64,000 nucleotides of DNA from an uncultured Alphaproteobacteria bacterium (GTDB taxonomy: Bacteria > Pseudomonadota > Alphaproteobacteria > Rs-D84): assembly GCA_934255455.1 (NCBI GenBank), contig CAKQNS010000003.1, positions 38,666 through 102,665 of the forward strand, in the 5' to 3' direction. This document shows positions 56,323-64,000 of this stretch, piece after piece. Position numbers and translations under genes: made by a program. Positions within the stretch are counted from its first letter, which is position 1, and every line of letters begins with the position of its first letter. The notes below the pieces were generated by a model that worked only from the letters and a program-made list of their open reading frames with translations, was not told the origin of the DNA and did not search any database.

Positions 56323-59300
56323 ATGACAAAGAAACGCGGTTTTCTGGGATTTTTTGCATGTTTATTTGTTGCAATGTTTTTTGCAACTGGTGCATTTGCG
56401 GCCAGTGATATATATCTGGACTGTCCGGTGCCAGATGAAAATTCCGTTGCCGTGGGCTTTTGGAATAATGTTGCCGAACCTAATTTTGGTGGTGAACCGT
56501 TGGGCTTTTCGGGCAGTGCCAACAGCGCTATTTCCGTGGGGTTTGAACCGTATGTTATAAATCCGCACCGTGTGACCACATCGGTTGAAACCGGCATTAC
56601 AGATGGCGTTGGCAATTGCGTTGCGGTTATATGGTATATGTCTGACCATGGTATGTTCTATCGTTTCGTGCAGTACAGCGAAAATGCAGAGTTATATGAC
56701 CACGCACCAACATTAGAGCCATATTCAAAAATACCGTTTGGGTGGATTACAACCGTGCCTGGGTATTATCTGGAATTGCCCATATATCAAGAGTTTTTGC
56801 AAGAAAGTAACGAAACCAAGGCCAAGATTTTTGCCGCTATTCCGTACCAGAGTTATAATTCCCAAGATTCCAAGTATTATCCATTCCGCACAAATACGCT
56901 GTGTACCCAGGGGTCATATTGTGCTTCCAATAATACGGATTTGTGGGATTGGAACGGTTATGCCACAGGCGAAGGAACATCTGTCAAGGGAATTGAACAG
57001 TGTGATGGCGGGTGGCCATCGGCGCCCGGTGCGACCCAATGTGATGAAACCGGAAATTATATCCAGTTTGATTGTGTTGACAATAAAAATGGCAGTGGAA
57101 GAACTGGTGCCAATGCTGATTTTGTAAATGGATATTCGTTCAGCCGGATGGTTGATGACAACGTGCACATGGTGTGCCAGGCCGGTGGTTGGAACAATGA
57201 AGGCGGCGATTTCGGCAACCCCGATGGCCTACAGTGTATTTTAATCAACCCAGACACCAAAGAAATCATAGATGCCAAAGGTCAGGGGTTCTGCAGCATA
57301 GATCGGTCTGGTGATTATGACAATCACTATGTTATGACTTGGACAGGTGACGCTAATTTATACGTAAAATGCCGATTGGCGACCGAAGAAGAGGACTTGA
57401 GCGATGGTTCCAGATTGCACGTTGGTGATATAAGGTGCGAGTATTTTGATGCAGATAACAGTGAATCCAAATTGTACAAGTCGTATAATATTTCATACGA
57501 TTTGAATGGCGGCACGGCTAATAACCCGGTCAATCCAAAGCGCGAGATATCGGCTGTCATCAGCCGGGATGCCACCGAATGGACGGTTTACTATGAACCA
57601 ATCGGTGACCAAGAATGTTATGAGCCGTTTTCATACGATGGTGATTTGAACAAGTGCGTTGCGGGTCATGGCGGCGAATATGATTTGTGCAATGGTGCAA
57701 ATGCCAAATGTGACCCGTTTATTCCGTTGTTGGGGCCAGAGGAAGATGGCAATAAACAGCTGACATTCCGGTGCTGGCACAATATGGCCGACACAAACAA
57801 TCCAGAATCATGCCTTTATGACAATCTGGATGTTGGTTCTGATGCTGCCCGTGGTGACGAACAATACCCATTCCTGGAAAAGGTATTTGGAACATCGGGT
57901 TATATAAATGTGCGTGCGTTGTATGACCAATATTCGTGGCTGTGCGAGGCTGGTACTTATTACAAAGGTGGCGACGCTGTTGATACATGTACAACATGTC
58001 CGGCGGGATCAGTCTGTCCAGAGGATACTTTATGCAGCACCGGCGCAGAGAGTATTGGAATTTCTTCGTGTGGTGGTGGATATACCAGCGAGGCCGGTGC
58101 CACATCGTGCCATCCTGCCACATACAAAGTGACATTGGACAAGCAAGGCGGTACCGGTGGTACAGATGCATATTGGTATACATATAATTCCAGCAAGACA
58201 TGTTATTATTTCGCGGATGCAGGTTTGACAAAATGTATCGACGACAGCAATGGCCAGAATATTATCATCCCAACCCGCGCCGGGTATACATTTGATGGAT
58301 ATTGGACGGGCAAAGATGGTACTGGCACGCAGTATGTAAATGCCAATGGTTTGACCGTAAATAACCTGTATAAAACAACGGGTGACCGCACATTGTATGC
58401 GAAATGGCAACCTAATACCATCAAGGTGACATTGGACAGGCAAAATGGCACCGGTGGCACATCCGAATATTACTATTCGTATGGGGTCAAAGATAAATGT
58501 TATTATTACACCACCAGTGCGCTTTCTGCATGTACCGATGGTGGCGATGGTTCTAATATTACAAAACCAACCCGCAATGGATATACATTTGGCGGATATT
58601 GGACGGGCAAAGACGGCACCGGTACGCAATATGTGAATTCCAACGGTTTGGCGATAAACAGCCTGTATCAAAAATCAACATCGAACATAACCCTGTATGC
58701 AAAATGGAATTTGGAAACATATACCATCACATACGATGCAAACGGTGGAACAATGCCGTCCAGCGGTGTTGTGACGCAATATACCGTTGAAACAGACAGT
58801 TTTGCCCTGCCCCGGCCAACGCACGCCAAGGCAACATTTGCAGGATGGCGGAGCAATTTAGGTGGTGCGGTTATTGCCGATGATGTTATCAAAAAGGGCT
58901 CGTACGGGGATTTGAAATTGACTGCGCGTTATACAGTTGATTGTGAACCCGGAAAATATTTTAACAAAGAAACCAAGTCTTGCACCGAATGTTCATCTGG
59001 TGGCTGGTACTGCGAGGGCGGCAGTTTTGATTACAGTTTGAACCAAGACCAGGGGCTTCGCGTGTGCCCAGAACCGGATTCGTCGTTTATGGACAAACGT
59101 GTCACCGTCGTTGATGATGGCGAGAATATAACTGGCGGGCCGGAATTGGTGAACCAATGGATGCGCAAAAATTGGGGAACGCCGACATTTGAAATAGAGG
59201 ATCAAACCGTCGAAGATTCTCGTTCTGGATTGAGCAGCATTGACCAGTGCCAATATGCGTTGCTGTACAATGTCTCGATGCCAAAATGGAAAAAAGATCA

Positions 59301-62300
59301 CGGTACAACAGCAAAACCACAATTGTTCGAGATATGGCAATATGATTCCAACAATCATGAATATACTGCGGTTGTGCAATCTGGGTGGTTGTCGACCATT
59401 CCGGGGTATTATTTGAAGAACCCAATCAAGGGATCTTGCACAGAAGAAGGTTTTATTAAGCCGCGTTATGGCAAGCAGCCGTATGCCGATATGGATATTT
59501 GCCCGGCGGGGTCATATTGCCCCGGAAATGAAGGCAAGGACGAGGTTTACGAAACCGAATGCGGCAGCCCCGATGACAGTGATATATTGACCGAATTTGG
59601 CCGCGTGACCTGCCCCAAGGGTGGCACATTGGAGGGCTTGACCGCCGAGGACCAGTGCGATGGCAGTTTTAATTACAGAATCTGTTTTTATGATTTAGAG
59701 CATGCCGACGGTGGCATCGGGGGAATAGCTGGATTTAACCCAGAAAAATGTACCAATAAAATAATTGAAAAATGCGATAGCTGCACCGATACCGCAACAC
59801 AGATTAGTGGCGTATGTGTTGTTGACAGCAACAAAGATGATTACGCATTTGATGACGATGGTAACACTTACACAATCTGTTTGATTCATGATGAAAATAA
59901 TCCCAACGGGGTTCCGGGGTACCGGTACAATTGCGATATTGATACCCAGCAAGTGGTCAATGGTCCGCGTTGTCAATATGATTTGATTTATTATACACTG
60001 ACCTATAATGCAAATGGTGGGTCGATATCAGATTTGGCAGATGTGCCAACGAAATGGAATGTCAATGATCCACTGCCAACCACGCCAAATGCCACGCGTG
60101 AGGGATACAGATTCCTGGGGTGGTTGACCGAAAATGATCAAACATTAGATGCGGGTACGGAATGGGCGCCGAATGAGTATCTGGGCGATAACGCGGATGC
60201 CCAGGTTATCAGTCTGACCGCACAGTGGGAAGAATTGATTACATGTTTGCCGGGACGCTATTTGCCAGCGGGCGAAATCCAGTGCAAAATCTGTCCGGCG
60301 GGGTATGGTTGCCCAACCGAAAATGTGACATACAGCCAGAACAAAACCCAAGACCAGGGTATGACCCCATGCACAGCAACAACATACAGTGACGGCACAA
60401 CCGGGTTCTGTACCAGATGCGCGAATGGTTCCACCAGCACAACAGACGGCGCAACCGCGTGTACACCATGCCCGGCGGGACAAACGGGTTCCGGGACTGG
60501 GACATGTGGATATTATTGCAGCAATAAAGACGAAACAGTGGCGTCATGGAAAACACCAACATGGGTGACTGGCAATATCGTGAACGACGATTGCGTGATT
60601 GCTTCGTGTACCGCGTTGTATGAATTGCAATCTGATGGTAAAAAGTGTATTGGACGTGTGTTCAAGGCCACATTGGATAACGATGGTGCCACAACTGCCG
60701 GTACCGCCGCATTTTGGTATCGGTATAAAACCAGCAGTGTGATGTATGCTGATGCCGATTTGAGCACGCCACTTGGTGGGGTGAAATACAAGATTACCGT
60801 TCCATCCAAAACGAACTATGTGTTTGGTGGGTATTATACCCAGAAAGCGGGTGCCGGAACCCAGGTTGTTGACGCCGAAGGTGAAATTGCTAAACATACG
60901 GCAAACACATTTGGCTCCAATACGACACTGTACGCAAAATGGACACCGGTGACGGTGGATTGTGCGGCGGGTCAATATTTGCCGGCGGCCAAGACCGCAT
61001 GCGCATCGTGCCCGGCGGGTTATCGTTGCCCGAAAGCGACGACATATTCGTTCTCGGAAACGACGGACCAAGGTGCAACCAAGTGCAACAAGGGTACATT
61101 TGCAACCGGTGGCGCTAAATCGTGCACCACCTGTGCCGAGGGTTCGTACAACACCGACGGTGGTGCAACCAATTGCACGGCGTGTCCGGTTGGTACGACC
61201 ACGGTGGGGAATGTGCGTTCCGCGTGCGACGGGGTATGCCCGAATGCCGATTTAACCACGGCGTGGAAAAAACCGCATTATTGGAATTTTAATAACACCG
61301 TGCCGACTTTGTGTAAATCGGCGGCATGTGCGGCGGGCGCCGTGTTGGCAAACGAAGGATGTTATCATTTGGTGCGCGTGACATTGGATACCCAGGGCGG
61401 TACCGCCGGCATACCCGCGTTCTATTACGCATACCAGAATTATAATGATGGCGGGTATTACAAGGATGAAAAACTGACCACCGAAATTGCGCCGGCAGAT
61501 TATATGCCAACGCGTACTGGATATGAATTTGGTGGGTATTATACCGAGAAAAATGGGGCCGGTGACCAGATTATAATGGATATTGGTGATTTTATGGACG
61601 AGCAAATGTACAAAGAATGGGGGCCAGACAGTTTCACCATATATGCCGCGTGGCGTGCGAACGAATATACCGTCACATTCAACGCAAATAATGGTACGGG
61701 TGGCGCGTCAACCGTAACCGTTGTGTATGATGCAACAATGACAAAATTGACATCGTTGCCAACACGCACCGGGTATCAGTTTGCCGGGTACTATGATGCG
61801 GCAACCGGTGGCACAATGTACTATGGCACCGATGGCACGGCCGCACGCAAATGGGACAAGGCCGCGAACACAACGCTGTATGCGCAATGGGTGGTCGAAG
61901 GCGAATATACCATCGGATATGAATTAAATGGTGGAACGAACGCCGAAACTAATCCGGGAACATATACGGTTGAAACGGAAACCATTACTTTGGCGGCCCC
62001 GACCAAGACGGGATACACATTTGGTGGTTGGTATTCTGAGGCCGCGTTCACAAACAAAGTGACGCAAATTACCAAGGGTTCAACGGGTAATAAAACATTG
62101 TATGCGAAATGGCAACCTAATACCATCAAGGTGACATTAGATTCTGATGGTGCAACAAGTGCTGGCACCACTGCATATTGGTACCAGTATAACACAAATA
62201 ACAAATGCTATTATTATTCGGATGCGGCGTTGACCACATGTATGGGTGGGACGACAACACACCAAAAAATAAACACATTACCAAGTAAAAATGGGTACGA

Positions 62301-64000
62301 GTTTGGTGGTTATTACACTGGTAAAAATGGGACTGGGAAACAGTATATTACTGCAGCCGGCTATGCCACGGGCAGCATTGTTGATTCGGTATCATCGGAT
62401 ATAACCCTGTACGCAAAATGGACACCGGTGACGGTGGATTGTGCGGCGGGCACATATTTGCCCCGGGGTAAAACCGAATGTGCAACATGCACAAGTGGCA
62501 AATATTGTCTTGGTGGAGAATTTGAGTATTCCGAAACTGCCGACGGTGGGTTGACTGCCTGTCCGGTTGACAATCGTGACGAGGGTGATTTACCGACAAA
62601 TTATTGGGCCCTAGAAATATCAAGCAAAACATATTTAACGCCAGATGGCGCAACATCCGCATCACAATGTCGTGTATTTTTGAATATAGCAACGGGTGAC
62701 GAGTTTACGAACGAGATGGGGACACTGCTTGAAAACAGTCAGTACAACACAGCAACTCAAAAGTATGATAAAGTGTTGGAATACGGCTGGGTATATATGC
62801 CTTATGTTGAAGCGGCCTATTTCACCGGTCCAACATGCATTGAAGATGAAGGCGAACACATTCCAGCATATACAACAATTAACAAATGTCCGGACGGATC
62901 GTTCTGTTATGTTGAAGAAATGGAAGACATGTCAAGCTATTACACGTGTGACAACATGCCCGATACATTGGGATTGCGCGGTCAATGCCCGGTCGGGTCG
63001 TACGGCACATCTGGTCGTTGTACCGTGTGTGGCACGGCGAAAACGACCGCTACGGCCGGTGCGCCCAGCGCCGACGCGTGTATCACATGCGATGGTGTGC
63101 GCGCCGAAAAAACGGAAGAAGTCTTTAAAAATTTCACCCAATTTAAACCAAACTGGAATTCATCCAAGGCACGAGTGGATCGTTTATGCTGGTCTTTTCA
63201 GGGGTGTTTACCAGGGTATCGTTATCAGGGCAAGACGTCAACGAATAGTGACGAGTGGCCATCAGGCTCGGATGTACTTCCCGTTGGTACTTGCAACATA
63301 ATCACATACAAATATACATATGGTGCCGGTGGTGGCGTGCTGGCGGACGGGAACCCAACCGAATGGACCGTGAAAACCACGCCCGTGACAATCAAAAATC
63401 CGACCCGTACCGGATACACATTTGCCGGATGGCAAACGGTGCTGCCCGATGGCCAGTATATTACCGTGACGGATGAAATTATTGTACCAACAAACGTCAA
63501 AGATGTGATTGGCGGGCTGTTTGACCTGCACCTGGCGGCACAATGGACGCCGAATACATACACCATTACATATAACCTGAACGGTGGGACGAATGCGGTG
63601 GCGAACCCGACGACATACACGGTTGAAACGGAAACCATTACTTTGGCGGCCCCGACCAAGACGGGATATGCATTTGGTGGTTGGTATTCTGATGCGGCGT
63701 TCAAGAACCCGATCACCAAAATCGCGCATGGTTCAACGGGGCATGTCACGCTGTATGCGCAATGGGTGGTCGAAGGTGAATACAGAATTGCATACGAATT
63801 AAATGGTGGTACGAACGCCGAAACTAATCCGGGAACATACACGGTTGAAACGGAAACCATTACATTGGCCGACCCAACCCGTACCGGATACACGTTCGGT
63901 GGGTGGTATTCTGAATCAACATTTGCGACCCTCGTGACCCAAATTGCCAAGGGCTCGACCGGGAACAAGATGCTGTATGCAAAATGGACACCGATTAAAT
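56323..64000 (+). CDS. giant exported repeat protein (>2559 aa, 3' end beyond the window): Listeria/Bacteroides-type (Flg_new-like) repeats alternating with CxxC cysteine-rich modules
   Basis: Frame 1 is open from ATG 56323 to the window end; I hand-translated most of it. It is absent from the ORF track because there is no stop. AGAGGAAG Shine-Dalgarno sequence. Signal peptide MTKKRGFLGFFACLFVAMFFATGAFA|A. At least 12 repeats of the form PTR.GY.F.GW(Y/W) ... LYAKW. Modules such as C.(A/P)G.Y......C..CP.G..C. Confidence 0.85.
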   Translation, partial: MTKKRGFLGFFACLFVAMFFATGAFAASDIYLDCPVPDENSVAVGFWNNVAEPNFGGEPLGFSGSANSAISVGFEPYVINPHRVTTSVETGITDGVGNCVAVIWYMSDHGMFYRFVQYSENAELYDHAPTLEPYSKIPFGWITTVPGYYLELPIYQEFLQESNETKAKIFAAIPYQSYNSQDSKYYPFRTNTLCTQGSYCASNNTDLWDWNGYATGEGTSVKGIEQCDGGWPSAPGATQCDETGNYIQFDCVDNKNGSGRTGANADFVNGYSFSRMVDDNVHMVCQAGGWNNEGGDFGNPDGLQCILINPDTKEIIDAKGQGFCSIDRSGDYDNHYVMTWTGDANLYVKCRLATEEEDLSDGSRLHVGDIRCEYFDADNSESKLYKSYNISYDLNGGTANNPVNPKREISAVISRDATEWTVYYEPIGDQECYEPFSYDGDLNKCVAGHGGEYDLCNGANAKCDPFIPLLGPEEDGNKQLTFRCWHNMADTNNPESCLYDNLDVGSDAARGDEQYPFLEKVFGTSGYINVRALYDQYSWLCEAGTYYKGGDAVDTCTTCPAGSVCPEDTLCSTGAESIGISSCGGGYTSEAGATSCHPATYKVTLDKQGGTGGTDAYWYTYNSSKTCYYFADAGLTKCIDDSNGQNIIIPTRAGYTFDGYWTGKDGTGTQYVNANGLTVNNLYKTTGDRTLYAKWQPNTIKVTLDRQNGTGGTSEYYYSYGVKDKCYYYTTSALSACTDGGDGSNITKPTRNGYTFGGYWTGKDGTGTQYVNSNGLAINSLYQKSTSNITLYAKWNLETYTITYDANGGTMPSSGVVTQYTVETDSFALPRPTHAKATFAGWRSNLGGAVIADDVIKKGSYGDLKLTARYTVDCEPGKYFNKETKSCTECSSGGWYCEGGSFDYSLNQDQGLRVCPEPDSSFMDKRVTVVDDGENITGGPELVNQWMRKNWGTPTFEIEDQTVEDSRSGLSSIDQCQYALLYNVSMPKWKKDHGTTAKPQLFEIWQYDSNNHEYTAVVQSGWLSTIPGYYLKNPIKGSCTEEGFIKPRYGKQPYADMDICPAGSYCPGNEGKDEVYETECGSPDDSDILTEFGRVTCPKGGTLEGLTAEDQCDGSFNYRICFYDLEHADGGIGGIAGFNPEKCTNKIIEKCDSCTDTATQISGVCVVDSNKDDYAFDDDGNTYTICLIHDENNPNGVPGYRYNCDIDTQQVVNGPRCQYDLIYYTLTYNANGGSISDLADVPTKWNVNDPLPTTPNATREGYRFLGWLTENDQTLDAGTEWAPNEYLGDNADAQVISLTAQWEELITCLPGRYLPAGEIQCKICPAGYGCPTENVTYSQNKTQDQGMTPCTATTYSDGTTGFCTRCANGSTSTTDGATACTPCPAGQTGSGTGTCGYYCSNKDETVASWKTPTWVTGNIVNDDCVIASCTALYELQSDGKKCIGRVFKATLDNDGATTAGTAAFWYRYKTSSVMYADADLSTPLGGVKYKITVPSKTNYVFGGYYTQKAGAGTQVVDAEGEIAKHTANTFGSNTTLYAKWTPVTVDCAAGQYLPAAKTACASCPAGYRCPKATTYSFSETTDQGATKCNKGTFATGGAKSCTTCAEGSYNTDGGATNCTACPVGTTTVGNVRSACDGVCPNADLTTAWKKPHYWNFNNTVPTLCKSAACAAGAVLANEGCYHLVRVTLDTQGGTAGIPAFYYAYQNYNDGGYYKDEKLTTEIAPADYMPTRTGYEFGGYYTEKNGAGDQIIMDIGDFMDEQMYKEWGPDSFTIYAAWRANEYTVTFNANNGTGGASTVTVVYDATMTKLTSLPTRTGYQFAGYYDAATGGTMYYGTDGTAARKWDKAANTTLYAQWVVEGEYTIGYELNGGTNAETNPGTYTVETETITLAAPTKTGYTFGGWYSEAAFTNKVTQITKGSTGNKTLYAKWQPNTIKVTLDSDGATSAGTTAYWYQYNTNNKCYYYSDAALTTCMGGTTTHQKINTLPSKNGYEFGGYYTGKNGTGKQYITAAGYATGSIVDSVSSDITLYAKWTPVTVDCAAGTYLPRGKTECATCTSGKYCLGGEFEYSETADGGLTACPVDNRDEGDLPTNYWALEISSKTYLTPDGATSASQCRVFLNIATGDEFTNEMGTLLENSQYNTATQKYDKVLEYGWVYMPYVEAAYFTGPTCIEDEGEHIPAYTTINKCPDGSFCYVEEMEDMSSYYTCDNMPDTLGLRGQCPVGSYGTSGRCTVCGTAKTTATAGAPSADACITCDGVRAEKTEEVFKNFTQFKPNWNSSKARVDRLCWSFQGCLPGYRYQGKTSTNSDEWPSGSDVLPVGTCNIITYKYTYGAGGGVLADGNPTEWTVKTTPVTIKNPTRTGYTFAGWQTVLPDGQYITVTDEIIVPTNVKDVIGGLFDLHLAAQWTPNTYTITYNLNGGTNAVANPTTYTVETETITLAAPTKTGYAFGGWYSDAAFKNPITKIAHGSTGHVTLYAQWVVEGEYRIAYELNGGTNAETNPGTYTVETETITLADPTRTGYTFGGWYSESTFATLVTQIAKGSTGNKMLYAKWTPIK

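Noticed and set aside
56362-63968. Many minus-strand and off-frame ORFs over the last 7.6 kb, for example 58030..58671, 60544..61071, 61821..62204 and 63225..63968.
   Set aside because: Plus-strand frame 1 is continuously open across the whole interval. It encodes recognisable repeats (GYTFGGWY...LYAKW) preceded by a signal peptide and a Shine-Dalgarno sequence. The listed ORFs are shadow frames of a repetitive, compositionally biased gene, and their translations are low-complexity with no motifs.

Overview
Compact chromosomal segment, most likely from an alphaproteobacterium. Evidence for that: a GcrA cell-cycle regulator gene, a ybgC-tolQ-tolR-tolA cluster, lpxA-lpxB, and a bactofilin-M23 peptidase pair. 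Hand counts give roughly 47-50% G+C. Genes are tightly packed and many start and stop codons overlap.

I can support about 55 CDS and 6 tRNA genes: Arg-UCU, Val-CAC, Leu-UAA, Leu-CAG, Ala-CGC and Pro-GGG. I can also support many intrinsic terminators and several sigma70-like promoters. I saw no rRNA, CRISPR array, transposase, integrase, reverse transcriptase or recognisable defence gene.

Core genes: rho, ssb, uvrA, rlmE, aroK, mscL, tlyA, leuS, rpiB, lpxA, lpxB, gcrA, acpS, corA, adk, rpsA, tig, rpsI, rplM, argS, an OmpR/EnvZ-type two-component pair, ruvB, ybgC and tolQRA.

Main observations:
1. Two paralogous four-helix-bundle genes of the '23S rRNA intervening-sequence protein' / Avd-like family. 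Each is bracketed by inverted arrays of 7-nt tandem repeats and sits inside an operon. One lies between tolR and tolA. The other lies between a prepilin peptidase gene and a secreted-protein gene, where one arm is translated as that gene's signal peptide. Solo and 'empty' versions of the same repeat arrays occur at at least six other intergenic sites, usually next to terminators.
2. Three tRNA genes are each followed by a related 70-190 bp module. The two best examples are bounded by direct repeats of the tRNA 3' end, so they look like integrase-less att-flanked mini-elements.
3. A gene over 7.6 kb long, still open at the window end, encodes a giant exported protein. It is built from Listeria/Bacteroides-type repeats alternating with CxxC cysteine-rich modules, and it contains 44-50 nt exact internal DNA repeats.
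4. A low-GC island of three exported or membrane proteins lies between two divergent tRNA clusters. It is preceded by a predicted promoter, a roughly 220-nt leader and a terminator.
5. A translationally coupled operon encodes uncharacterised cysteine-rich exported proteins.
6. A stand-alone SRP54 M-domain protein follows uvrA.
7. A roughly 950-bp ORF-free, AT-rich stretch shows strong GT/CA strand skew.

All functional calls come from reading motifs by eye. No database search was run.
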